Source: Octopus sinensis (taxonomy: Eukaryota). Taken from it: 64,000 bases of DNA. Location of the stretch: positions 36,704,001 to 36,768,000 of the forward strand of contig NC_043006.1 in the NCBI RefSeq assembly GCF_006345805.1, written 5' to 3'. A model generated the notes under the pieces. That model had not been told where the DNA came from. It saw only the letters and a program-made list of their open reading frames with translations, and did no database searches. The position numbers and the translations under genes were made by a program. Within the stretch, counting starts at the first letter, position 1. Each line of letters opens with the position of its first letter. Shown here in pieces: positions 27,600 through 41,350 of this stretch.

Positions 27600-28390
27600 A
27601 CTCATATATTTATGATGTTGCTGTTACTGCCGGATGCATTGTTGGTGCTGCTGTTGCTGTTGCTGCTGGACACCACCTCAGCCTCATAGACCACAGTCTC
27701 AGCGTTGCATCAAACCCGACTAGGCACTCATTACTAACCCTGCGTGAATATCCTGCCTCTGTGTGGGGTTTTAGAGGTGTTCACTAATATTCTTTTAACA
27801 CTGGCACACAGCTGAAAGAGATCCTAAATTGTTTCTATTGAATAGTCGTCCATTTCTAAGTGATTGTATGAAGTGTTTATCCACTGCAGTTCTTAAACCC
27901 ACTGCCACCAAAGTTTTGTTGTAATAGAATGCTGCAGCATCAAAAACCTCTTTACTCAAGGCAAGTTTGAAATCCTCTTGCTGATGTCCTTCACTGGATG
28001 AGTGCCAGGATACTGTGTTAATGCATGACAGCCTTTCATTTGGTTTGGGCATATATGAACAGGTACCTAGGCCTAGGGTAACATCTAAAAATTTAACAAT
28101 GGTAACGTAGGTCTCAATTGTAATGTTAAGGTCATGGGGGCTAAGAGTACAAATTAGTTCCTTCTTAAGTCTACCTCCAGTATACTCCTTGGCAGCTCTA
28201 GAGATGACCAAAGTGTCATCTCTGTATAGACCAAAAGGGACTGACATGAGCTTCTTCGTTAAGGTATCTAGTATATAAAATCCTATGAGGTCACAGACAT
28301 CCGCGCTGTCGAATGCTTCCATCGCCACATTGAATGATCACACTGGGCAAGATTGTTTGGCCCAGATGGAACATACAACAGTGTTTTCCT
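27600..28390 (-). mobile_element. Penelope-like (Neptune-type) RT/EN fragment, decayed
   Basis: MEAFDSADVCDLIGFY, GLYRDDTL, FLDVTL, and ECLV..VVYEAEV further downstream. Confidence 0.85.
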
Positions 28391-28492
28391 AGTGTGCATA
28401 ATTACCTGATGAGTTACCTATACTGCTTAGAACTTTATGGGAGTGAAACCAACGATTGATTCAAATATTTTCAGCTAAGAGTTTACATAAGC

Positions 28493-28631
28493 GCAGGAGT
28501 GGCTGTGTGGTAAGTAGCTTGCTAACCAACCACATGGTTCCGGGTTCAGTCCCACTGCGTGGCATCTTGGGCAAGTGTCTTCTGCTATAGCACCGGGCTG
28601 ACCAATGCCTTGTGAGTGGATTTGGTAGACA
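28493..28631 (+). mobile_element. SINE family A, 5' half (interrupted by RTE)
   Basis: head ends at GATTTGGTAGAC; continuation AAACTAAAGAAGCC resumes at 29917. Confidence 0.85.
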
Positions 28632-29916
28632 GATGCTCTGGAGCATTGACCTCCGAAAATCTGCAGAAAACAACTTCCGTCACTTTCCGGGGGGAAAAAC
28701 TAGAAGTAGTTGATAGCTTCCGCTATCTAGGTGACCAAGTCAGTAGTGGGGGTGGGTGCGCTGAAAGTGTAACTGCTAGAATAAGAATAGCCTGGGCAAA
28801 GTTTAGGGAGCTCTTACCTCTGCTGGTGACTAAAGGCCTCTCGCTCAGAGTAAAAGGCAGACTGTATGATGCATGTGTACGAACAGCTATGCTACATGGC
28901 AGTGAAACATGGGCCGTGACTGCTGAGGACATGCGTAAGCTCGTGAGGAACGAAGCCAGTATGCTCCGATGGATGTGTAATGTCAGTGTACTTACTCGAC
29001 AGAGCGTTAGTACCTTGAAAGAAATGTTGTACCTAAGAAGCATCAGTTGTGGTGTGCAAGAGAGACGATTGCGCTGGTATGGTCATGTGGCGAGAATGGA
29101 TGAAGATAGGTGTGTGAGAAAGTGCCAATCCCTAGCAGTTGAGGGAACCCGTGGAAGAGGTAGACCCAGGAAAACCTGGGACGAGGTGGTGAAGCACGAC
29201 CTTCGGACGTTAGGTCTCACCATGGAAATGACTAGAGACCGAAACCTATGGAAGTATGCTGTGCGTGAGAAGACCCGGCAAGACTAGTGAAGCCATAATC
29301 CGTGGCCCCTACCTGGGACGTAGTCAGTCCACCTGTGCATACCTTCCTTCTTGTGACACTTGTGAAGACTTGTTGAGGCAAGTGAGAATCGAATCAAATC
29401 AAATCAAATCAAATCGAACCAAATCAAAATAGATGAACATCAATGGAATTTGTATCCTTGTGGTACCAGTGCCGGTGGCACATAAGAAAAACATCCGAAC
29501 GTGACCGTAGCCAGTACCGCAACGACTGGCCTCCGTGCTGAGGGCACGTAACAAACACCATCCGAGCGTGGCCGTCCGCCAGCCTCGTCTGGCACCTGTG
29601 TCGGTGACACATAAGAAAACACCATCCGAGCGTGGCCGTCAGCCAGCCTCGTCTGGCACCTGTGTCGGTGGCACATAAAAAACACCATCCGAGCGTGGCC
29701 GTCTGCCAGCCTCATCTGGCACCTGTGTCGGTGGCACATAAAATCACCCACTACACTCTCGGAGTGGTTGGCGTTAGGAAGGGCATCCAGCTGTAGAAAC
29801 ACTGCCAGATCTGACTGGCCTGGTGCAGCCTTCGGGCTTGCCAGACCCCAGTTGAACCGTCCAACCCATGCTAGCATGGAAAGCGGACGTTAAACGATGA
29901 TGATGATGATGATGAA
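28632..29916 (+). mobile_element. 5'-truncated RTE LINE with open RT C-terminal ORF (to 29287) and repeat-rich 3' tail
   Basis: FRYLGD, AWAKFRELLPLL, YGSETW-like LHGSETW, RRLRWYGHV, RGRGRPRKTW; tail ends CCCATGCTAGCATGG...(GAT)n. Confidence 0.95.
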
Positions 29917-30160
29917 ACTAAAAGAAGCCTGTCGTATATACGTATATATATATGTGTATGTTTGTGTGTCTGTGTTTGTCCCCCTAGCATTGCTGGTGCG
30001 TTTACGTCCCCGTCACTTAGCGGTTCGGCAAAAAGAGACCGATAGAATAAGTACTGGGCTTACAAAGAATAAGTCCCGGGGTCGATTTGCTCGACTAAAG
30101 GCGGTGCTCCAGCATGGCCGCAGTCAAATGACTGAAACAAGTAAAAGAAAAAAAAAATAG
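29917..30160 (+). mobile_element. SINE family A, 3' half
   Basis: continues the consensus interrupted at 28631. Confidence 0.85.
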
Positions 30161-30366
30161 CGTGTGATTCTATGGAGAGTCAATACAAAAAGAAAGGAAA
30201 ATAAAACAAACACATATTGATCAGCAACAAGCTGAAAGGATGATCATGGTTTTGAGCGGCTCCTAATAATAATCTTTTAGTTAAATTAATGACTTAATCA
30301 CAAAAGACTTGACGAGGCAGTGAGGAACATCTGGTTAATGAGGTCAACGGAACAAACTGGCTACGC

Positions 30367-30469
<103 letters not shown>

Positions 30470-31333
30470 ATATGTATATCAAAGTTGAATTGTCTCACAA
30501 ATGAGCGAGGTGTGCTCAACAGATATTATAGTGCAGGAGTTAACCAACTTCTTATATAATTGACCTTTTCATGGAATTGTTGATAACTCATCGACCTCCA
30601 TCATACAAATTTCTGAAATAAAATTAAAAAGTACAATTAATAAACAATTTTCTTGATTTAAAAATTAATAATTTCTTCAATCATTTATGTTAGCATTATT
30701 GGTCACGCATACATAGTATATGTGATATGTTTAAACACCCATCTGCTGCTAGATAGCTTTCCCTGGATACTGTATATGTGTGACAGATGTTTACAATACT
30801 AGAACTGTTTTAATTCATATTTTTATGTGTGTTGTTACCACTTTTTAATGAGAAATATTTTAAAGAAATTTAATGAAAATATATAACATAATTAATAAAA
30901 ACAAAACAATGCTAATAAAGTTGGGGCATTTAATGTGAAATATGTATCTAGAAGCAATAAGTTATTGCATCAATATTTGGTTCGAGATTAGTAAGATTTA
31001 ACCTTAAAACACTTCGCTCTTCCAGGATCAGCTAGCTAACAATTCAATTCCTTTAGAGCTCAAAATTTCAGGTGTTTATCAAACCCTTGGATAGCTGCAT
31101 AAACCCTTGCCTCCAGGTGTCAATAGTGGTCACTTTTGCAACCCCTGTAGTAGAGTATATTGTTTATTGAAAGTGAAAGTTTATTTTTTGACTTGAGTTT
31201 CATATCACTGCGAACTCCAAGTGAGAACTGTTATTTGTTTTGGTGATATATTTATATTCGATGGCGTGGGTGAGGTCTCACACTTGTATTTGTTAATTAG
31301 TTTGCATTTTCTGTTTGCTTATTGACTTTTATT

Positions 31334-31830
31334 GGTAAATTTCTATATTAACACCCGCACAATTTCCACTAAGAAAATTTAAAATCTCGGGTTTTTTGCA
31401 TGAAATCAAGTACCATGACCTCCTAATATGCTGCAAATCCTTTATCCTGGAATTTTTTTTTTGCTGAATGAATTCCTGTGACCTCCTAATATGCTACAAT
31501 GGGGTAGGGGTGAGGTGGAAGCCTTGGAAATTTCACCCCCACACCCATTGATCTTTTCCGAGGCTTCCACCTCACCCCCACCCCATTTTTTGGACCCCAA
31601 AAAGGGTTTTGTAGCAATATTAGGAGTTCACTGGAATTCATTCAACGAAAAAAAAAATTTCCAATGATTCTGAGATGGAGGGGGGGGGCGCTCGCTCCCC
31701 ACCTTTTTTTCCGAACCAAAGTAAGGGATTTACAGCATATTAGGAGATCAGGGTACTTGATTCCGCGCAAAAAATCTGCTTTTATTTTTTCTGAGAGAAA
31801 ATCGTGCAGGTGTTAATGTAGAAATTTACC
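31334..31830. mobile_element. foldback/MULE-like MITE with nested inverted repeats
   Basis: termini GGTAAATTTCTATATTAACACCCGCAC / GTGCAGGTGTTAATGTAGAAATTTACC; flanks CTTTTATT / CTCTTATT (7/8 TSD). Confidence 0.8.
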
Positions 31831-33019
31831 CTCTTATTTTCCTGCTTCTGCTCAAATACATGTGCAAATATACTTGGTCTAGTGGTTAGGATGTTGCGTT
31901 CATGATCACCAGATTGGGGTTTCAATTCTAGGACCAAGCTGTGCATTATGTTCTTGAGCAAAATGCCTCATTTCACATTGCTCTAGTCCACTCAGCTGTA
32001 AATGAGTAACCCTGAGACAAATTAGTGCCCCATTCATGAGGAACAATGTGACCTCAGTCACTTATATGCCATGGAGACTGGGTACCCGGCTCTATGAGTC
32101 CTAGGACTCAATACAGTGCTTAGTTTCTATTTACATATACACAAACAAAGGACGGGCTTCTGCACAGTTTCCGTCAATCAAATTTCACACACAAGACATT
32201 GGTCAAATAACAAAGCAGATGGTTGCAGCTGAAAAAGACTCTAATTCTGCAATGGTTGATACTTATTTATAATGAAGATTTTCATTATAATGCTTTTCAA
32301 GAGAAAAACATCTAGTTTTAAATCTCTGAGAATATATAGTAACAGTACTTAACAATAAAGTCTATTTGCCAGCACAACATGGCAGTCCTACACAGGATCA
32401 CAGGATGATATCATTACTTTTTAGCCCTAGGAAAACATCTTTTCCAGCTGGTTACATGGTCTGTGTCTATATACCATGAGTAAGGGAGTTTATTGCTCCA
32501 TTTCTAGTCAGGTATCACTAAGGCTATATGGACACAGACCATGTGTTGACAACCAGCTGAAAATGATGTTTTCCTGGGGACAGAAAGTAGTAACATTGTC
32601 CTGTGTAGGACTGTCACATTGTGCTGGCAAATAGACCTTACTTTTCAAGTAAGATGTTTGTTAATTGAGTAGTACCCTAAGCTGTTTACTAACTCAAGAA
32701 CTTATATAACATCATTCCAAATAAATATATCTCTACAATTGCTAAAATAGTAATATACTTTGGTGGCAAGCTGGCAAAATCATTAGCACACTGGCCCAGG
32801 TGCTTAGTGGCATTTCTTCTGGGTTTATGTTCTGAGTTCAAATGACGCTAAGGTCGATTTAACCTTTCATCCTTTCAGAGGTCAATAAAACAAAGTATCA
32901 GTCAAGTACTGGGATCAATATAATTGACTTGCCACCTTCCATGAAAATTGCTGGCCTTGGGTGAAAACTAGAAAAAAATATCAATACAGTTTTTCCACCA
33001 TGGGTAATATTAGGAAATA

Positions 33020-33269
33020 TTGGGTTGATGCATAATTATTACAGCTTTTTTCAACTAATTTTACTCAACAAAAACACTAACAACATGTAACAAAAACATC
33101 TTTAATTGATTATTCTGGAGCATATTCACCTTCTACTTCGATTACTGCTTCCCATTTGCTTGGCAGACGGTCAGACCATCATTTAAAGCTGTTTTTGTCA
33201 AACATTGTTATTGTTTTTGTTGAATAAAATTTGTTGATAAAAAGCCGCAATAATTATGCATCAACCCAA
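33020..33269 (-). mobile_element. mariner MITE
   Basis: TIR TTGGGTTGATGCATAATTATT; retains transposase end LPSKWEAVIEVEGEYAPE*. Confidence 0.85.
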
Positions 33270-34545
33270 TGCAATAATTAAAACTTAACTTGTATCAAAT
33301 TATCCAGGGAGGCAAAAATATACTTCCAAAGTTACCTGTCATACACCCTAATGTTAAATAAATTTGATGATACCAATCTCCTAAACTCAAGGCCTTATGT
33401 CTATATTTTATTTTTAAATCAATAAAGGATGGTAGATATAAATTATTTATGAGAACTAACACACTACACAGTTCAATGAACTGAGGAGTAGCAATCGATG
33501 ACTGCTAGTTTTGAAGGATAGAGATAATAGGTATAGGCTTCAGGGTATGCGGTCTAGGTCTTTAGAGTGTTGTACTCAAACCTCGATCATAAGACCACTG
33601 TTTCAATTCCTGGACCACGCAGTGCACTGTATTCTTGAGTCAAACAATTTAATGTTATTCTGTAATTATTTCAGCATCTGACATGCAGTACATCGTGTAA
33701 CTGTACAAAGGATATCAATTTGATGGAGGGAGGGAGCTAATGTACACTACTAGCAAATCTGTGCAAGTTGTTCAACAACAAAAAATTGCAGAACTCACTT
33801 CTTTTATCTGACAGGAGACTCCACAAATACAGGCTTAGCACACGTCTCAGTTTGACCAGGATGCTTCAATCTGGAGGGTCTGTCCCATTTGGTTAGCAAA
33901 TTTTTGTTGTCTGCTCTGAAATATCTCCCAATGCCTCTGCTATGAATCAAAAACTTAACTTCTTAGACACAGTGGGAGGAGGAGCTTATAGTATTATAGC
34001 AAGAGAATTTGACATACAAATAAAAGACAGAGCAAAGAGACACAAGGGATAAAATATTTGTGTAGTATTTGATAAACTTGATTGTGTTGCTGGACTTGTT
34101 GACTAGACTAAACAGTCAGACAGTTGGCTGCTTGGGTAGCTAAAGTGGTATTTAAATTTGGGTATCAGTAAACAGAGAATTATAAATTAACTGGGATGGT
34201 TATGTCTTGAGTAACTTCAAAGAAGTAGAAATATTCAAAGAGAGTGAGAGAAAGAAAGAAAGAAAGAAAGAAAGAAGGAAAGAAAGAAAGACAGAAAGAA
34301 AGAGGACAATACTGTCAGTCTCATTCTCATCTCTCTTTCTTTATCTTTCTCTCTTTCTCTTTCCGGGTATCTTATCAGGTTTCCTCATCAGACTATTTCA
34401 AACACATTCTCAGAATTTTAAAATTTACTTTGAAAATAATTTAAATACATCTTAAAAACATTAGTGGAATGCAGTGATGACTCTACTGGATGCGCATTAT
34501 TTTATCATGTATTTCAGTTATTTTTTTATTAACTGTTAAAACAAA

Positions 34546-34593
<48 letters not shown>

Positions 34594-35085
34594 GTGAGAG
34601 AGCAGTGTGTGCCATCAAAGTGACACTGGGGTAAAATATACGAAGCCCAGTATACCCATCATGACTACCCGTCTGATAAGGGTGCACCAGGCACATGCAT
34701 CACAACCATATCTGCATGACATGGTAACCTCATACCAAGATAAACAGCACATAACTTTGCAGGTGGGACCCAGTTAGAATTTTCTGCAGGTCGAGTAGCC
34801 TATCCTCCTCAAAAGGTCCCTGAATAAGGGTTGTTTAAGAATGTTCAATGAAACACCCATGTTTCCAAAGGTGAATTATCCAAACCCCAAGGAATTCCTC
34901 TCAACACATGGCTATGATGCTCCCCCGCTACTCCTGCTTGTGATCAGAGGTGCACATAACCTCAGCAACTAAGGGAGATGCTCAACTGGTTGAGGTCAAA
35001 CAACTGACAAGCAAATTTGTAGTAGTGAGCAGAATATTTGCTGTAGTCCATCTTTTATACTAAGGCAAAACAATGTACATGATAG

Positions 35086-35214
<129 letters not shown>

Positions 35215-36014
35215 CGCTGGACAAAATGTTTAATGGTATTTTGCCTGTTGCTATGTTCTGAGTTCAAATTCCGCCGAGGTTGACTTTGCCTTTCATCCTT
35301 TCGGAGGTCGATAAATTAAATACCATTGAAACACTGCGATTGATGTAAAGGACTAGTCCCCTACCCCAAGATTTCAGGCCTTGTGCCTTTAGTAGAAAGT
35401 CCCGCCACCTTCCTTTAGCTGGGAAGGGTAGGCTGTTTTTCTTTGCCTGATAGCCTTAGCAAAAGAGATTGTGTGATGGACCAGGCTGAAAGAATTGAAA
35501 GCCAAGCCCTCATCAACTTTTTCAAGTTTCACTTAAAAAGGAAATTGAGGGAAGAAAGGGAAATTCTGCCTCTCAGCAATTTTGTTAAAATAGGTGGGTG
35601 AATGTTGCCTGAATAGCCTGCCCAAATGAATGGGTCTACTCTAAGCATGCACCTGTAGACAAAGTGGAGAGGGTGCTTACTCCAGTGGTTAGGATTGTTG
35701 TGGATTTGTAGGGTTTCCTCGCGCAGTCCTAGGAGCTCTCCCTCTTTTGGAGAATATTGTTGTTGTAATCAATTATTTTTCGTTGTTTACATGACCTTCA
35801 TGTAACTCCATATTCTATTTGTCCTGTGGTGTCCACAATGTTTTTTAATGTAAACCCTTTGTGGTTAGTAAAGAAATAATACTAATAATACTAATAATAA
35901 TAATAATAATAGTAATAATAATAATGATAATAATGATGATGATGATGATGATGATGATGGTAATAATAATAATAATTGTCATCATCATTATTATTGTTAT
36001 CATTATTTTCATTA

Positions 36015-36895
36015 CGATGCATGTGTACGAACTGCCATGCTTCATGGCAGTGAAACATGGGCCGTGACTGCAGAGGACATGAGTAGGCTCAAAAGAAATG
36101 AAGCTAGCATGATCCGCTGGATGTGTAATGTCAGTGTGCATACACGACAGAGTGTAAGCGCCCCGAGAGAAATGCTGGACATAAGAAGCATAGGATGTGG
36201 CATGCAAGAGAGACATTTATGCTGGTATGGTCATGTACTACAGATGGATGAGGAGAGATGTATGAAGAAGTGCAACTCGCAAACATTTGAAGGAATCTGG
36301 AGTAGAGGTAGACCCAGGAAGACATGGGATGAGGTGGTCAAGCATGACCTTTGAACGTTGGGCCTCACAGATCTCTGGAGATATGCTGTGACTGCGAAGA
36401 CCCAGCAAATAAAGTGAGTTCACAGCTGTATCCTACACTAGTTTCGCATAACCAGCCCCAGCCCATTCAAAAATACCTTGGATCAATGGGCGACCTGCTG
36501 TGCTTGAGGAGACCTATTGAGTCAAGTACATCAACATCAAAACGAAAATCAAATGGAAATTGTAGTTGTGATACCCATGCCGGTGGCATGTAAAAAGCAC
36601 CATTTGAACATGGCCGATGCCAGCACCGCCTTGACTGGCTTCTGGCCGGTGGCATGTAAAAAGCACCAACTGATTATGACCATTGCCAGCCTCCTCTGGC
36701 CCCTGTGCTGGTGGCATGTAAAAAGCACCCACTATACTCACAGAGTGGTTGGCATTAGGAAGGGCATCCAGCTGTAGAAACACTGTCAGATCAGACTGGA
36801 GCCTGGTGCAGCCTCTTGGTTTCCCAGACCCGTCGAACCGTCCAACCCATGCTAGCTTGGAAAACGGATGTTAAACAATGATGATGATGATAATG
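36015..36895 (+). mobile_element. second, more decayed copy of the 28632 RTE family
   Basis: LHGSETWAVTAEDM...RGRPRKTWDEVVKHDL plus the same 3' tail. Confidence 0.9.
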
Positions 36896-36914
36896 GTGAC
36901 TCAACAGATTAGAC

Positions 36915-37915
36915 CGTTGGAAAAGAAAAAATCCTAACATCGAGTTACAACAAGTAATCTTAGATGCCAAGAACCCCCTAAGAATCCTAGGTGTCCCTGA
37001 TAACACTGTTTTCTGCAGCTGTACTAAACTGAGTTATATGCCTATTTCCTCTATCTATCTGTTCAGATCTTTAGGGATACTGAACAGATGGATAACTACT
37101 GGGATTCATTTTACCCGCACTTTCTATAGTCTCTGTAATTCAATAGCTAGGTCCTGGTATTTTGCTATTTTTTCTATACTTCTCATATTAATGTTTTCAT
37201 CATTTGGGACTGTAAAGTCAATTATTTGGCACTTTCTATTCTCTTTATATACTGCTACCAAATCAGGCCTTCTTGCTTCTATTACTCTGTCAGTCTGAAT
37301 GTTAAAGTCCCACAACATCTTATATTTCTTATTTTCTAATACTTTACTAGGTTCATGTTCATACCATTTATCAGTATGTTCAAATCCTAGCTTTCTACAT
37401 AGCTCCCCATGGATTACTCTCCCTAGATTGTTGTGTCTTTTCTTGTATTCTTTCTGTGCCAGCAGGCAACATTCACTTACTATATGAGTAACGCTTTCCT
37501 CTTTTGATTTGCATAATCTACATTGGGAATCTACTTGATTTTTGTCTATTTTGGCTTTTATCCAATTAGTCCTTAATGCTTGATCTTATGCAGCTACTAA
37601 CAAACTTTCTGTCTCCCTCTTCAGCTTTCCTTTCTGCAACCATAACCATATCTCACTGCTACTATTTGCTGCAACTATCTTTGGGAATCTACCACGCAAT
37701 GCCTCCTCCTGCCAGTCACATAATTTCTGTTTTTGTTTCTGATTATTAAGTTCATTTGGGTTTTTGGTTTCCCTATGTCTTGCTGTACCTCTAGCACTTT
37801 AATAAACTTTCTTCACTCATACCTACATAAGAGTCCATATCTATTCTAGCTAATTCCACATAGACTTCTACTGATATTAACCCTCTTTCGCCTTCCTTTC
37901 TAGGTAGGTATAATC
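36915..37915 (-). mobile_element. R4/Dong-like LINE fragment
   Basis: LWDFNIQTDRVIEARRPDLV...IIDFTVPND...KYQDLAIELQRL; flanked by AAT/GAT-type repeats. Confidence 0.85.
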
Positions 37916-38594
37916 TTGTTAATTATTAATGTTATTATTATTATTGTTATTGTTGTTGTTGTTATTATTGCTGTTAAGGCAGCAAGATTAGCAGTATTTT
38001 GTACATCTTTACATTCTGAGTTCAAATTCCACTGAGGTCAATTTTGCCTTTCATCTTTTTGGAGTTGATAAAATAAGTACCAGCTAAGTACTTGGGTCAA
38101 TATAATTGAATTAACCCCTCCTCCGAAAATGCTGCTCTTGTGCCAAAATTAGAAACCACTATTATTATTGTTATTATTATCAAAGGTGGCAAACTGGCTG
38201 GATTGTTAGCATGCCAGATGAAATGCTTAGTAGTATTTCGTCTGTCTAGACATTCTGAGTTCAAACTCCACCAAGGGCAATTTTGCCATTTATCCTTTCG
38301 GAGTCGATAAATTAAGTACCAATAAAACACTGGGGGTCAATGTAATCGACTAGCCCCTTCCCCACAAATTTGAGGCTTTGTACCTCCAGCAGAAAGGTAT
38401 ATTATTATTATCATTATTATTATTATTCTGTTGTGTCTGGGGAGAGTCATTCTCTTTTAGTGCCTTATTATTTAACACACTCACAGGTAAAATTTCCACT
38501 TATTTCTTATTTATATTTTCTAAAATTTTTGTTGTGTCTTGCATGTTGTTGTTGTTGTTGTTGCCTTGCATAGCTTCTAGCACTGGAGGTGTAC

Positions 38595-38998
38595 TACAGT
38601 GTCAGCTGTTCACTACCAGTGAACTAAGGTAACACCTCTTATTTTTCAAGCACTTTCTGGAGTATTCGAGCGATTTCAAGCATTGCTGTTTTCTGCAAGT
38701 GCTCCATCCTTATTGCAGTTCCTATTTGTTCCACATACGTCTCGAGATTTTTGTTCACTGTTCCCAGGGCGCCGATGATTATTGGTACTACTGCAACCTT
38801 TTTCATCGACCACAACTGCTTAACTTCTCAAGCTAACCTGTCATATCTCTCGACTTTTCTTTCTTCCTTATCGCATACCTTGTTGTTAGCTGGGCATGAT
38901 ATGTCTATGATCCAGCATAGTTTGTTTACTTTCTCAATTAAGACTATGTCCGTCTTCCTATTCTCAATCTCATGGTCACACTGAATCATAAAATCAAA
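38595..38998 (-). mobile_element. R4/Dong-like LINE 3' fragment
   Basis: DFMIQCDHEIENRKTDIV..IIDISCP..VVPIIIGALGTV..LQKTAML..ARIL. Confidence 0.85.
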
Positions 38999-39464
38999 AA
39001 AACAAAAATGATTCTATGATTTTATGATTATTGTTATTATTATTATTATTATGATTATTGTTCATGTTTTCTATTCTTTTCTGTCTTTTATATTATTTTT
39101 TTCCTTGTCTTTTCTTGATTCTTCTTAATTATACAAAGCATAACTTTCATAGATTTTCCATCAATATCTAAGCACCCTATATATACATAAAGTGTATGTG
39201 TCTATCATTAATTTTGTGGTGCATTTTTTTTTTCCAGGCTTTCATCTTCTTGCTTTTACATTTATTCTCTTCCTTCTTTTTCCAGTTTCTTGTGGACTTT
39301 CCTCTAGAATCTGAAGAAGGGCTATTAGCAAAACGTTATAACTTTTACTCTTTCCATTCTCCCTCATGCAGTATCCTGATGAACTAAATGTGAACACGTC
39401 TTTTGTACTATTTTGTCCTTTAGTAATGTTTATTTGCTTTATATATATATAGTTGCATATGTGT

Positions 39465-39515
<51 letters not shown>

Positions 39516-40094
39516 CATGTGTGTGTATGCATGTGTGTGCATGTGTATTTTAAATAACAATGAACTAAGTGAAGTAATTTAGACTGGCTAATGACATGTA
39601 TCTGAATAACATAGATAGATTACAAGTATATCAGATAGCATTCAGCATAAGTTCTTGATTTATTAAAGCTATTTCTGACTCTACAGGAAGTGTCATCATA
39701 ACAAAAATGGCAATTAAGACCATTTCCACTTGAGAAGATGACAGTATTGCAAGATTCAAAAGTTTTCTAGCGTTAGCATGCCATTAAGAAGAGGAACAGA
39801 TGTAAACCAATGCCAATGGCTACTTGTAGTTTCTTTGAATGTAAAACAAGATTTCAATATGTCAGCTTGACGAATGATATCAATTGTTCTTCAAAGGAGA
39901 CAATTGTTTTCAGTTGATCAAATTAAATAAATACTCAACTTTACAGTATTGTTTCTTTAATTCTTTATGTCTATAACCTTATAAATATTTAAATGTGAAT
40001 GTGCAAGTGTGTATATGATTGCCCATGTGTGCATGCACACATACACAACATATACACATGCACACATACACACACACACACATGTAAACATATA

Positions 40095-40311
40095 TGAGGG
40101 CAGTACTAAAAAGTCCTTGGTTTTAAGGATATTGCAAAAGGTCTGGTTGGAGGCCCAATCTTCCGAGTTCTTTTACAAGACTTAGAAAAACTGAAGGACT
40201 ACTGCAACAAGTGTGTGAATCTGAGAGGGGAATATGTTGAATAAAATCATAATTAACTGCTCCTCCTGTATTTTCTTTTGCCCGAAACCATGAACTTTCA
40301 GCACCCTCACA
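40095..40311 (+). mobile_element. mariner MITE
   Basis: imperfect TIRs TGAGGG../..CCCTCA; retains KCVNLRGEYVE*. Confidence 0.75.
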
Positions 40312-40429
40312 TAACGAAAAGCAAACTATTGATTATAAATAATTTTCTTCATAAGCAACTATTCAATAATAAATTTCAAATTATAAAAAGACATAACTGT
40401 ACATCAAAATAATAATGGGATGAAATTTA

Positions 40430-41350
40430 CAAGAAACAGACTAAATCTACATACTTTGCATGAGACTTAAATCAATGGACTTTGGCTTGTATAGAGATGA
40501 TGGGTTATCTATAATCAAATAAGCTAACAGACACACTTTTGAGTATATTAAGATTAAACATTATCTACATGCTGGGTAATAAAATTAACAATCGTTACAT
40601 ATTTAAGAACAGTTAATCATCTGGGTGTTATCTTAAATTTAACCATAAATTTACATTGACTGTTTTGTAAAACAAATGAAAAACTTATGTCAACATAGGC
40701 CACTGACCTATTTATAGGACATTAAAACATTATTCATAGCATCAGCAGAAAGCTAAAAAGTTGTCCTCAAATTAAAAAAATCCGTAGTAACCTATTACTA
40801 TTGGTAATGCCTTAGAACCCAAAGGATTCAATGAAAATATTTGTTATATCCCTAACTGCCGCCAATAAAAAAAATAACAAACCATTCAATGATTTACATT
40901 TTGCTTTTCATTAAATATTAATTCTAATGTTTGCGAAGATCTTTCTACCTCTAACTGAACATTTTCCAACTAATCATAAATATAGAAAATTATATAACTG
41001 AATCAATCTTATGTTACAATTGCACCATTAACATGAAGAACATTATATGATATACACCTCCAAAACAAACTGAGGTACATGTAAAATACCAGAGCATACC
41101 ACTTAATATGCCTTGTAATAGAGAACCATAATATATGAAGCGGATATTACCATCACCAAACAAAACAAAACCTCAATGTGGTATATAATACTACATAGGC
41201 ATGACTGAAAAAATGTTTAAGGAAATGTTTTACTATTATATTTTCCTCATTTAGATACATCAGAAGGGAAAATATAATGGAAAATGTTAGACTGAAATTT
41301 TTGCAAAATGTTATTTCAACTGGAATTTATTGTATAACTTGAACACACCA
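40430..41350 (+). mobile_element. highly decayed Neptune-like PLE
   Basis: DFGLYRDDGLSII, EHFPTNHKYRKLYN, GMTEKMFKE relic motifs. Confidence 0.75.
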
